64,000 bases of DNA from assembly GCA_001179505.1 (NCBI GenBank), contig CDMY01000243.1, positions 62,001 through 126,000 of the forward strand, in the 5' to 3' direction. This DNA comes from Vitrella brassicaformis CCMP3155 (taxonomy: Eukaryota; Protista; Chromerida). Shown in pieces: positions 18,301-30,760 of the stretch (the first letter of the stretch is position 1; the number at the start of each line of letters is the position of its first letter). The notes beneath the pieces were generated by a model. The model worked only from the letters and a program-made list of their open reading frames with translations, ran no database searches and was not told where the DNA came from. The position numbers and the translations under genes are program-made.

Positions 18301-20778
18301 CACGTTGATGCAACTGAGAGAGAGAGCGCGAGGAAGCGGCACACACAGAAGCCATGTGTTGGTTGTGGGTGGATGTGTCACATCATGATCAGGGTGAGGG
18401 TGATGGTGGAGGGCTCGTCTCGCTCACCGCTCGGCGGCTCTGTCGAGTTTGATGGCGCATCTGCCGATGGCCCGCACGGACTTGCGGACAAAGTCGACAT
18501 CCACCTCAGTCGCATACCTGCACTCAGGCAGTGTGTGTGTGTGTGTGTGTGTAGGCGTCTGTTGCTTGACGACCCACTCAACTCACTCTTTGAGTTCCAT
18601 GAGTATCTGGTCGATGTTCCTCTCGCTGGCGAGCCGCACCATGATGTCGAGCTTCTCCATTTTAACGTACACCGGGTCGTTGTACTTGCAGAAAAACATC
18701 TGCACACACACCGGGAAGGAACACAGAGAGTACCCCTTTGGGCACCGCCATGCTGACCTTGACTTCGGTGGCGAGTATTGTAGGTCGTCTCTGCACAATG
18801 AGGTTGATGTTGCGGAGAGCCACGTACTGAATCTCAGGCTCGGCCGACAGCAACGTCACTGAACAACACAACACACAGACATTCGCAGACACAGGTAGGC
18901 GGTGGTGGGGCGGGCAGTGCTGAGCTGAGCTGACCCAGTGGCGGGCTGAGCTTTCGCTGCAGGCTGCGAATCGTCTCGGTGTTGGTGATCCTATTGACCA
19001 CACGCACACACACACACACACATACACACACAGACGTGTGGTTTGCATGGTTGTTATGCGACCCGGCCGCCCGCCCGCCCACCCNNNNNNNNNNNNNNNN
19101 NNNNNNNNNNNNNNNNNNNNNNNNNNNNNNNNNNNNNNNNNNNNNNNNNNNNNNNNNNNNNNNNNNNNNNNNNNNNNNNNNNNNNNNNNNNNNNNNNNNN
19201 NNNNNNNNNNNNNNNNNNNNNNNNNNNNNNNNNNNNNNNNNNNNNNNNNNNNNNNNNNNNNNNNNNNNNNNNNNNNNNNNNNNNNNNNNNNNNNNNNNNN
19301 NNNNNNNNNNNNNNNNNNNNNNNNNNNNNNNNNNNNNNNNNNNNNNNNNNNNNNNNNNNNNNNNNNNNNNNNNNNNNNNNNNNNGCATGGTTGTTATGCG
19401 ACCCGGCCGCCCGCCCGCCCACCCACCTGTCGAGGAACCGCATGACGACTTTGATGGCCGACATGACCACCGCCGCATTGGCGTGAGACAGACGAGCCGT
19501 CACACGCTCCTGATCAATCAATGCACACACGAGGACACGTTGCCATCCCATCCACTTTGTGTGTGTGTGTGTGTGTGTGTGTGAATCTCGCTCACGAGGA
19601 TGGACTCGGCGTCTCGTGCGCTCGTGGGCGTGTGGGTGGCGATCGCATCCAATATGAACACCTGACCCCACCTACACGTAAATGAAGCACACACGTGAAT
19701 GAATGACACACGGCTGATCGGTCGGTCGGTTGTGTGCTTTTGTTTGTGTACTGACTCAGTGCATTCGTTGAGGGCCGCCAGCAGCTTGGATATCGTGTTC
19801 TCGTTCATCGCTGACACACACGACACAGCAAACACACACGCGTGAATTTTGCCACTCTCCCTCCCTCCCTCCCTGTCTGTCTGTCTGTCTGTCTGTCAAT
19901 GTGTGTATTTGTCGTACGCAGGACGTTCTTGCCAGCCGATTCGGATATCTCGCTCAGTGCCGCGACGGAGTTGGCCACAACCATGGGATTGCCGTCACTC
20001 AACATGTCTATCACGGACACACAGACACACACAGCACGGCACAGCCGCCCTCCTCTCCACTCGCCGCGTCCGCAGTGTACGTTTCTCTCTTGCCGCACCT
20101 TTGAGGATGTCGATGAAGCCCTGGTCCTCCACCAGCTCGGGACTGATGTCTGGTACACACAACCACACAGGAAACACACAGATGAGATGAGATGAGATGA
20201 GAAGACCAGCCAGCCAGCATTTGTGTCTTTCATCCTGCGCTTCGCGGGCGGACCATATAGTTTGGCGATGCAGATGGCCGCCGTCTTGCGAACGTAGGGA
20301 TCTTGATCCTGACACAAACAACACAAACATATCACGCACTCATCCACCTCTGTCTGTCTGTCTGTCCCAACACGGACTCCCTCACCTTGCAGCATCGTCT
20401 GAGCGGCTCCACGAGGTACTCTGTGATTTGTTCGAGCCGGATGCACCCCATGGTGCGGACGGCGAGCGCCCTGATGAGGGGGTTGGCGTCGAGTGAGTCC
20501 TTGCGGAAGGTGTTGACTGCGAGGATGGCCAGCTCGGGCTGGGCCTTGGCGTAGTTGATGACGTAGAGGTAAACGAGCTTCTTGAGCTCGATGTTGCTGG
20601 TCTGCATGCAGTTGACGACGTCGGGGAAGAGGGCCGACACGTCCTTGCCGACGGTCATGGCGGCTATCACCTTCTTGACGGCCTCCTTCTTCTTGTCCTT
20701 GTTGGCGCTGTGCAGCTCCTCCTTGAGCTCGTGGATCTCCCCACGCTTCGTCGTCTGGAAGAAACGGCCGTCACTCAT
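15384..20778 (-). CDS. AP2B1: AP-1/AP-2 complex beta subunit (beta-adaptin), many exons
   Basis: [106 protein letters not shown], plus appendage [15 protein letters not shown] and FKDLW. I cannot separate beta1 from beta2 by eye. Confidence 0.97.
19085..19384. other. Assembly gap (300 N) inside a beta-adaptin intron
   Basis: Run of N; the same 40-nt sequence sits on both sides. Confidence 0.99.
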
Positions 20779-21206
20779 CCTGGGATCTGCTGATTATCAC
20801 ACAACCAGCCGCTGCTCCGCTGAGTCAGGGCAGCTAGGGCGCCAGTCACAGATTTGGCCGATGGGGGCTGCAGGTGAAAGATCAGACTCAAAAGCCGCAG
20901 ATCCAGCCTGGCAATGCACAGACGGCGCTGCGGTGCTGTTCGGTTTTGCTTCCCCTGAGTCCTGACTCGTAGGTTTCACGCAAACTTAAGCTCGCAATCG
21001 ATGTGGTTGCCGCTGCCTGATGAGAGAGATGCATCTTCAATGCAGAAGGGTTTCATGAAAGATCCACCAAGTAAGCGCATGATTCATCGCTTGTGGCTGC
21101 TTGCGGATGTGCTTGTCCGTTGATGATCAGGTCTGTCTGTCTGTGTCTGCCTGTCACACAGCTGTCTAGAGGGAGAGCCTGTGTGAGATAGAGAAGCGAA
21201 GCGTCG

Positions 21207-23068
21207 ATGGAGCGTGTGCGTCATGAGAATGAGCTGCTTCGCATGCAGCTTTCGGGCCAGCCCTTTCCGCCCTGCCTCTCCATTGCTGACGTCCCTGGCG
21301 CCGGCATCGGTGTGTTCGCCAACCAAGATATCAAGGAGGGGCAGATTCTCGTCGAGGAAGCCGCCTGTCAAGGCTGGGCAGCGCCCTTTCTGTGGGCGGA
21401 AAACGTCGCGCGTTTCTACTGCTCTTACTGCTTCTCTCCGCTGCCTCTCGAGGTCAAGGACCGAAGCGGCGACGATCGACCACCGGCCACGGCTTCTGAG
21501 AAGCCCGTCGAGCTGGAGTTGACGGCAATCGACGCATCAGAAGGGGCGCTTGTCTTTTCCTCATCGTCGTCCAGTGGCGCAGTGAATGACGGCGAATGCG
21601 CACCGTGTGTGGAGCTGGAGCTTACTGTGCTGTTCGTGAGCTGCTTGCGAGCGAGTGAAGGGTGCTCGGAGAGGTACTGCCACGAAGATTGCAGAGCCGC
21701 AGCCGATGCAGAGGTGAGAAGGGGCGTGGGTGTCTGCCTGTCTGTCTATTGCTCATCCTTTATGCATGCATGCCTGTGTGTGTCTGCGTGCAGTTTCATT
21801 CCCGGCTTTGTCGCGCAACAGACTGTGGAGCTCAGTACGCCGGGCTGGCGCTGTCAAGCGACAACGAATATTACCTGCTGGCGGCAAAGATGTTCGCCCA
21901 GTACGCCGTGGGCATCAATGGCGGCGAAACCTTCCCATGGGCACCCCTACGCTCACAGCCTTGGTACGTCCCCCACGATGGTGCAGTCATGTCGACACTC
22001 TTGTCTGTGTACACACATAGGTGGAGGACAATGCAGCGGCCCACCTACAGCAGCAGCAGCAGCAGCAGCGACTCTGACGACAGCAGCGACAGAGGGCAGG
22101 CTGAGGGACGGGATGAGCCGTCATTGATTGATGAGGCGGGCCGTGCCGAGCTGGATGCGTTCTACCGCAATGCTGTCAAGGACCAGACACGCACCGCTGC
22201 ACACCGGCTACAACAAATGTTGCCAGGTGCGCCGCTGTGTGAATGCCATCGGCGGATTCACCTCCACGCACGTATTGCTGATGTTGTGTACGTGTGTGTT
22301 TGGGCGCAGAGATAGCTGATGTCTTGACGGTTGAGGCGCTGGCCGAGTGTATCGGTGCCATCCGTGTCAACGCCCTCTCATTCACTGTCCGGCACCATGC
22401 CGTCACCGTGGATGTGGAGTCCGGGCGGGCCTGGGCAGACCAGGAACACGACACGACGAGCTTGCAAGGTCAGCCCACGCACCAGACCAGCCACACGGAA
22501 GATAATGCACCGTGGGCCTTTGTGCGAATTGTGTCTGTTATGTGGCCATATACATGCAGTCCAAGACCACTTTGCCGAGTCGCTGAAGGTCCACGTGCGT
22601 GTCCCATCCTCCCCGTCCGATGCTCCTTCCACCGCCCGATGCTCCTTTCAGCTGCCGGCCCTGTCTGGATTTGCGATCTTCCCATTCCAATCATGTTTCA
22701 ACCACAAATGCCCCGATGCGACCGCACAGCCGTCCGCACCAAACTGCTACTGTGTGGAGCCATCCATCGCCGTGACATCGGCGCGCGGCGAGACGGCAGG
22801 GGGGCCGAGAATGGCCATACGTTGCTGCGTGGTGGCTGCGAGGGATGTGGCCAAGGGAGAGGAACTCTCTATCGATTACCTCGTCGGTAAGTCAGAGAGA
22901 ATGGCTGAACTTGTGTGTCTTGATGTGTTGAATATGGAACGTACAGGCAAGGAAAGCGGGACGGCGGCTGCAGCGGTGGAGCGGCGTGGCATCTTGCTCG
23001 GACAGTACGGCATCTGTTGCCGGTGTTCGTTGTGCTTCCATCCCTCAGAGAGTAGTAGCCGCTCTTGA
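21207..23068 (+). CDS. SMYD-type SET/MYND-like lysine methyltransferase
   Basis: SET-N (VPGAGIGVFANQDIKEGQILVEE), interrupted zinc finger (CSYC..RYCHEDC..FHSRLC), IFPFQSCFNHKC, VVAARDVAKGEELSIDY, post-SET CRCSLC. Confidence 0.85.
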
Positions 23069-23339
23069 CATGCCAGTGCATCTGTGAGAGGGGGCAGCTG
23101 TGGATAGATGCGTTTGTCTATCTCGCATTACTGATATTCACATGACTGATGGACAGTGCATGAGCCGTTGGCCAACGGACGAAACGTCGTCTCGACTTTT
23201 TCCCCCACGCCCCTCCTTTGTTTGTGCACTCGGTGACGAGGCCACCAAAAGGGCCCATCGTCACTGACTGCAGGTGAGTTGCGGACATCGCTTTCGTTCC
23301 TGACCATCCTTCTTGCTGTCTGATGCGCCCCACAGGATC

Positions 23340-23998
23340 ATGGACACGGGAGGCCAAACCGGCGTGCCCATGGTGGGCTCCAGATACTACAATGCCAAAT
23401 GCTTGGTAGGCAACTGGTTCGAAGCCCGGCTGGAGAAGCCGTTTGTGGAATTCGAGGAGGCCACCCGCCCCCAGACGACCCCATCCTCCATCGTCAGCGG
23501 CGGCCCGAAAGGCACATACAGCACTGCAGGAGGGTATGTTCTGTGGCCTGACCCACAGTGTGAGGAATGTAGCTGGATGCATGGATGTGTTGTCGCAGCG
23601 AATACGGAATCTGGGCTCGACCGTACCGAACTACCAGGTACCGCGCTGACCTCTGTGGCTCGATTGTCAACTACGGGTGGGAGACAACGCAACGAACATA
23701 CTCACTGCATTGGCCTGGTGTGCATATAAGTTGTCGCTTCCTGTCTGTCGTTCTTGCATCAATGGTAGTGAGTATGACAGACAGATGTGGCTGACGCGCT
23801 ATCGCGAAGACTACATCGCGCCAAAGAACATGGTGGGGAGGAAAGATGGAGAAGGAAATTCTCAGTGGGTCAGGAGGTTGGTTTGTGTGTGTATAGGTCC
23901 CGCCACGCAGGCTGAGGCAGACGTACCTCACAGCCGATGCGCAGAAGCTGAGTGACTACATAGACACCTGGACACGAGGCAAGGTCGGCAGCAAGTGA
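23340..23998 (+). CDS. Small GNW-motif protein resembling ciliary microtubule inner proteins (CFAP68/CFAP107/CFAP95 class); 4 exons
   Basis: YNAKCLVGNWFEARL, YRTTRQMWLTRYREDY, YIDTWT. Junction phases are consistent (GG|C, AG|A, ATG|GTC). Confidence 0.55.
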
Positions 23999-24167
23999 GA
24001 TTTGTCTGTAGAGTGATATGTAGCCATGTTAATGCAGTCCATCGACAGCAGCTGTCTCGACCATATCTTGAACGAGCACTGAACACTGCATGGACTCATC
24101 TGCGTCACAAAGCGTCACAAGTAACAGTGTATAAGGGCCTGGATGCACATGGATACGCAGACACACA

Positions 24168-26070
24168 TCATGCATTGAGGACGGCCCTGCCCACGAGCTT
24201 GACCGCCACGCCATAGCCGCTAGAATCACAGGTGAAGTCAATCGTCACCGGCTCACCCTCAAAGTGACCCGGAAAGTCACGCACTGCACGAACAAACCAG
24301 AAACAAGACCAATGAGCATCCCACACGTGTGTCTCTGCTACACATACGGTCGGTCCTCCTTACTCGCTTCGGTGTGATACGGGAAGTGGAGTGCGTCGCA
24401 CAGCTCCCTTGCCAGTGTGGGCTCATGCGTCTTCAGGTTGAGAAGGACGGCCAGCCGTGTCGGGCCCTCAGGCCCGAAGGCCAGCTGGAGGGCCACTTTC
24501 CGGAACATGAGAAGGCTCAGCACGTCCAAGGCCTCCTCTGGGGGCGGTGAAACCTCCAGGAGCTTAAAATGCACCAGCGCGTCCGCAACAGACTGCGTAC
24601 AAGACGGCAGAAGCGCAGAGGCAGATGCAGATGAGACACACACAGACAGCTCTCCTCGCATGTGTCTCAGGTACCTTTGCAATCATGGGTTCCTCTTCCT
24701 TCCGCCCCGCAAACAGCCAAAGGAACATGCCCTTGGACGATCTCTTTCGTGCTCGCACCCCTGTGGTCTCCCCGTGATCATGATGTATGGTGTTTTGCGG
24801 TCTGCTGGCTGGAGACGACCCCATTGCGGCGGCCAGCCTTACGCGTACCTCCGACAGGCGCACAGAGGAGTCGCCACCCTCCTGGGCAGGGCTGACAGGA
24901 GGTAATGCGGGGTCACTTGGTGGCGCCAGGGGGCTGGAGGGACTATCTGGGAGGGAGAAGGCAAGGCGAGACTCTGGCTCCGTTGGAAACAACGAGTGGC
25001 CGTAGTTGGCTGCTGTGCCACCTACGGAACAAAGATCGCAAGGAAAGATATTGGGTGATACGTCAGCTGTTTCCGCCCTGGCTGCTGCTCGTCTGACCTT
25101 TGGCCATGATGGCATCGACCCATTCACCGTGGGGGATGATGACGCCTGCGACATTCCACGGCACGGGGGCCTCCAGAGTGTATCCCGCATCAATGGCCGC
25201 TATGTCGAGACCTATGTTCTTCAGCCGACACCAAAGGCTCAAACGCTTGGCCTGCAACGCAGAAAGGACCGCATCTCGCCGTACAATGGAGAGACACACG
25301 GCCCTGGGGTGCCTCCCTCGTACCTTGATTTCCTTCTGCGTATCGACCAGCTTTTCGATGGCCCTTGTCGGCAGCTTGGTCTGCGTCACGAAGGCCACCG
25401 CCAGCCCCACCATGAGCGTCTCTTCGCCGCTGAGGGTCACTTCGACTGTCCTCCCATTGCAGTAGCTCGTCACTATGCCCCTGAGGCTTCCCGTGTCCTT
25501 CTGCACGGCAGGCTCGAACACCAGTCTCTGCCAGGATGCCCAAAACTCGAGCTGATCCCTGGACGCTTCCAGCTTCTTGAGCCACTCATGCACCCGAACC
25601 GCACTTATGTTGCCGATCTTCTCTTGCGAGCCGATCGTCTTGCCACGGCCCAGAGAGCTCCTCAGTCGCCTGCCGGCTGAGCCAAGGGACTCGTCAAAAC
25701 GCCTCTTGCGACGCCGGGTCTGGCTCCTCTTCAAGCTCGAGCCTTTGCTTTGGAGCGTGGTGTTCAGCCCCTCGTCCCTGCCTGACGACATGAACCCAGA
25801 CCGCACAGAGGCTGACGACGGCGGACCGCCCCTGCCGAAAAAGGGTAGCCGCAACACTCCAACTCGCGATGGTGAAGTGACGCTTTCCACTGGGTTTGGC
25901 CTCGTGTCGTTGTTTTGGTCCTGGTCTTGGTCTTGGTTAACAGCTGGCGGCTCCTCGCGGTCTGGGAAGCCTTTGGTTTTGATTTTGTTGGCGATGCCCT
26001 TCGCTACCTTGGCTGTTTTGGCCCTTGAGGGTGGATCTTGAGTCGCTTGGGACGCCTGGCAACAGCCCAT
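24168..26070 (-). CDS. Uncharacterised protein with N-terminal MGCC dual-acylation motif (about 6 exons)
   Basis: Starts MGCCQASQ; long first exon to 25324; phase-compatible exons end in ..VKLVGRAVLNA*. I recognise no domain. The upstream part of ORF 25063-26676 is the antisense shadow of the next gene. Confidence 0.6.
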
Positions 26071-26286
26071 CGTGTTGCAAGTGGAAGACAGCCGCAAAAA
26101 GCAGGCCGATCGTCGAGAGGACGCGGCTTTGTGGATGGGATCGGATGAATGGATGGACAGGTAGGTCCAGCAGATGGACGTTCGCTGTGACACAGACAGG
26201 CGCGGGAAATCCCTCGGACAGGATCGCCTGAGCGTTACGCGCCCTGTACGGAGTGTGCTTCGTACGGCGCCCCGCCCACACAAGAG

Positions 26287-28327
26287 ATGGACTCTCACTT
26301 GGCTCATCCGCTCTACGACTCTTGTGCGCGGCGTCTCGTCGCCTGGTGGAATGTGCTCCTCGTCTTCTTCCTCGTCCTTCGACTCGCCTCCGCTCAACCA
26401 TCTCTCGAGAACGGCCTTCTTAGTTCGCATTCCCGCGACGACCTCGTGGAAAAGCTCACTGAGCTCATTCACGAGCTCATCACCGAGTTCAGAGAGGGTG
26501 ACGAGCTCCCGGGACCACCGCCACCAGGTGCAGTTCGCCTTGCTTCCTTCAATGCGGCCCTCGTCGGCGAGAATCCCAAAGGGCAAGAAGGAAGCCTCTT
26601 CGACATGCTTGTCGAAGGGAGCGAAGAGATCTCTCTGGCAGTACGCCGTCACATGCACAAGCAAAGACATCGACACGCGTGGTTTGTGTCGATGGTGTTG
26701 CAGGCTGAGACCATTCAGCGTGTGCGGCCCGACATTCTCGCTCTGAAGGAGTTTGATTATGACCCATCAGGTAGCTGAGCTGTGGGGGACGTGTATGTTC
26801 TTGCATGTCGAGTTGCTCGGTCGCTCCTTCTCTCGCTTCTCTTCTCGCAGGAGAGACCCTGGACTTGTTCAAGGAAAAGTATCTGGAGGTTCCCCAAGCT
26901 GACGATGTGGAGGGCATCAGCTACACTTACTCCATGCAAATCGTCAGCAACACCGGGGTTCTCTCGCGGGCGGACCTCAACAACGACGGCAACATCAGCC
27001 TGCCTGACGATGGCTACGGCTTCGGTTTCTAGTAAGACTGCCTGGAATGCCTTGCGGATTGATTGACAGCTTCTCGGCATTGTCTGTGTCTGTGTAGTCC
27101 GGGCCAATTTGCCTTCGCCATTCTGTCAGTCTTCCCCTTCGACGAGAAGGCCATGCGAAGCTGGAGGCTGTTTAAGTGGAAGGTACGCCGTAAGTAAGGA
27201 GAGGCGAGGGAAAAATGCTCAATGATGTGATGTGAGACCGACCTGCACGTCCTTTGTTTCCTTCCTTCGCTCCTCTGCTTTGCCAGGACATGCCAGGGAA
27301 CCGCATCCGTAACACGAACCCACCCGACTATTACTCGCCCGAGGCTGTGGCAGAGCTGCGCTTGTCTTCCAAAAACCACATTGACTTGCCTGTGGCTGTC
27401 ACGGTACGTACACATACACACATACGTGAAATTGAGAGGCAGAAAGAGGCGATGAAGCGTGTGTACTGTGTGTGTTATTTTTTCCCTGCCTTGAGCAGAC
27501 CGACGACGACGAGTATACATTTCACATGCTCGTGTCCCACCCCACGCCGCCTGCCTTCGATCAGCCGTTTCTCTATAACGTCCAGCGAAATGCGGACGAA
27601 ATCCGCCTGTGGATCGACTACCTTGATGTCAACGCTGTAAGCCACGGGCCATACACTTATTTTGCTTACAGAGACGCGAAGAGACAGCGTGTACACACAT
27701 TGCGTGCTTCATGTCTGCAGACCTACCTCGTTGACGACAGAGGAAGGCGTACAAAGGGCCTGGCAGACCTTAAGGCGAACTTTGCTGTCTTCGGAGACCA
27801 AGTAAAGAGCAGAATAGGCATCCTATCCTGATCGATGAGGGACGCTACAAGTGCACTGCACTCATAATTGCGTCTTCCTTTGGTTGGATGTTCAGAACAA
27901 CGACCCAAACGGAGGTGACGGTATCAACGAAGTCATCGAACGGCTGATCGAGCATCCTCGCATTGCTCGATTCCCCACGCCTGCGAGCCTCGGAGGCTTG
28001 GAGAACAACGACACATCACGAGAGTCTATCCCGCCGGCCTTCCACACGGCAGACTTTGCCCTGCGCGTCGATTATGTCTTGCCATCCAAGACGTTCAACG
28101 TTCTCAAGTCAGGTGAGCTATGGTTGGGTGTGGGGGGTGGAGGGTGGGGAGGGAGACAGAGGGGCGGCCGCGTGGTATAAAGACTCCATGTCCACGTACC
28201 TGTTCTTCATTGTACTGTTTGCTGCTTAGAGGTTATATGGCCGAGTACGGAGAGCCGCTTCAACTATCTTGTGAACGCCTCCGATCACCGCATGGTCTAT
28301 GCTGATGTCCGGAGGAAGAAAAAGTAG
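26287..28327 (+). CDS. Secreted endonuclease/exonuclease/phosphatase (EEP) family protein of the bacterial type
   Basis: Hydrophobic leader (WNVLLVFFLVLRLASA|QP); VRLASFNAAL; AETIQRVRPDILALKEFDYD; SNTGV..DLNNDG..DDGYGFG; RLSSKNHIDLPV; MLVSHPTPPAFD; RNADEIRLWIDYL; FGDQNNDP; LRVDYVLPSK; ASDHRMVYADV. Confidence 0.88.
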
Positions 28328-29174
28328 ATAAATGCCTCCATGTCATGTGAATGACTGCGCTCGTTTCGCTAGTAGGAGACAGCTCAGCTAGAAGGAAGCT
28401 GACTGTCAGCAGCGCCTCTTCAGGCTTTTTCTAGTAGGGTGAGCAGAGAGGCGTGTGCGCGTGTTGGTTCGGAGAAGGTTTTGTGTGCCCTTCTCCACTC
28501 GGCCTTTTTGGCATGACCGCCTTTGCGTTCTGCTGGCAAAACGGGGTTCTGAGAGTGATGTGTGCGTACGTGTGGTGAGACACGAGATGGGGAGAGCATG
28601 GCAGGCAGGCAAAAGGAGAAGCCGCGTGTCAAATTCGCTGTCAAGTCAGTTAACTGTCACGTTTGCATTCAATTCACAAATGACGCAGTAACGGGTCCGG
28701 GATGATCTCACGTACGCACCATCCACGCACCGTCCACGTACCCTCCATCCGTCCATCCGCAGGTTCGCAAGTTGTGCATGGGTGTACCATGGAATATACA
28801 CGCAGCCACGGCGCCGAAAATAAAGCTAGCTAGATAGAGTGCTTTCACGGCCTTAACTGCCGGTAGTAATTAACCCCTCGCCCAACCACGCCAGCCAGCC
28901 AGCCAGACAGATGGGCAGGCAGGCAGGCAGGCAGGCAAGCAAGAAATGTACACAGGCACGATACACACGAGAAAAAACACTCCAGTGCGTCGGCGAGCAC
29001 TTTGACGAGATAGCCCGCGTCCGTCCGTCCCGTCCCGTCCGCCCCGTCCGCCCATCCATTCAATGTGTCTGTCCTTGATGCAAACACACGTGTAGGCGTG
29101 CATATGTGTATGCATGCCACGTACGTGTCCTTCACGCATCTACTAGATGCTAGGGTGTGTTGTCGGTCGGTCTA

Positions 29175-30760
29175 TCACCAGTTGCTGTAGGACGTCTGCC
29201 CACCAGCCACCTGTTGGGTGTAGCCGTACCCGCTGGCGTCCCCCGCTCCCCTATAGCTGTTCCTCCGGCCGCGCCTGAAGTAGGCTGAAGCTGGCTGGTA
29301 GCGCTGCGCCTGGCTGTAGTAGCTGCCGCCGTACCCATACCCGCCCCCATAGGAACCGCCATACGAACCGCCATAGCCTGCACTCATCCATCCATCCATC
29401 GATACACACACATCCATGCATATACACCGTCCCTCTCGCCCAGCTGGCTGGCTGGCTGGCTGGCTGGGTGGGTGGCTGGGTGGGATGACACACATTACTC
29501 ACTGCTTGCACGGCGGCCCGCAGCGCGACGGTTGCTGCGGTTGACGTAGGTCTGCTTGCCCGCACCGTAGTACCCGCCCTGCTGCTGCTGCTGCTGCCCA
29601 TACTGCTGCTGCTGCTGGCCACCGCCGTAGTACTGCTTCGCGACGGACGACCCAGAGGGCAGCGGCACACGGCTGCCAAACGCCTGTGGGAGCGGGTTGG
29701 GAGCACGGCCGAGATTGGCCTTGATCTGGAAACCCTTGCCGCGCCCGCCCGCCTGGCCCTTGCGCGCCACCACCGCACGGTTGCCGCGGGCGGCCGCCTT
29801 GGGCCTGGCGGCCTGCTGCTGCTTCTTGCCAGCCGACACGCCCTGGCGACGGAGGGAGGTGTTGAAACGACCAACCTGCGTACACACACATACACACGAC
29901 CACGCACAACAGACATAAGGAATCGGTTCATAAATGCAGGCCCCATCCTGTCCTTTCTCGACTTGCCTGACGCTTCTGGATGCCCCCCTGTCGACTAACA
30001 CGCACGCCAGCGGTCCTCTTGACGCGCGACTTGGCCTGTGCCTTGGCCGCCCCTCCCGCCGCCGCCTTGGCCGCCGCTCCCTTGCCGCCCCCCGCCTTCT
30101 TGGCCTTGACCATACGCTGCAGCCGAGTGGTCTTCTTGCCTGCGCCCGCCTTGGCCGACTGCTGCTGCTGCTGCTGCTGCTGTTGTTTGCGGCTGCCTGC
30201 ATGGACACCACCAGAGAGGGAAAGGAGAGCCGGTTGAGCAGGCGTGCCAGTCAGAGATGATGTGGCATGGCATGGCATTATGGATCATCATTAGGGCGGG
30301 TGAAGGGAGAGGGAGGGGGGAAGTGGATGAACGGATGGTGGCTGACCGAGTCTCGCTCGGACGCCTCAATCATCGCTCGCTCCGCTACCACACCTCCGTG
30401 CCTCCCTCCCTCCCTCTCCTTTCTCACTCGTCCATCCGTATCTCCTCGCTTCACCCACGTCGCAGTGATGTCGTATGCGTACCGCCGCTGCGTGTCTTCT
30501 TGGGGTTCTCGCGACGCACACCACTTCCGGAACCACCCTTGGCACTCGACTTGCGGGCAGCCGATTTGCCCTTGGCCTTGGCCTTGGTCTTGGTCTTGGC
30601 CTTAGCTTTGCCGCCCTTCCGCTCGCTCTTGATGAGGTCGTCGAGGGAAAGCTCGAGCTTTTTCTCCACCTGGGCAGAGAGAACACAACACACAGCACAA
30701 GACACGTCAGAACTGACAAGGCGGCCAGCGGCATGTGTCGTCTCTCACGTTCATCTTCAT
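29175..30760 (-). CDS. Low-complexity K/R/G/Q/Y-rich protein with an N-terminal UAP56-binding motif (ALYREF/UIF/CHTOP-like); no RRM seen
   Basis: Spliced MKMN|VEKKLELSLDDLIK matches the KLDMSLDDII motif; the rest is basic, poly-Q and GY-rich; about 5 exons with compatible phases. Confidence 0.65.

Noticed and set aside
18834-19671. ORFs containing long X runs (also 63153-63971)
   Set aside because: Artefacts of translating through N gaps.
25006-25680. 224-aa plus-strand ORF
   Set aside because: It is antisense to the MGCC gene, has no motifs and no supporting splice pattern.
26071-26676. Apparent antisense overlap between the 537-aa minus ORF and the EEP gene
   Set aside because: The upstream part of the minus ORF is best explained as the stop-free shadow of the GC-rich EEP coding strand plus the promoter. 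MGCC at 26070 is a more convincing start.
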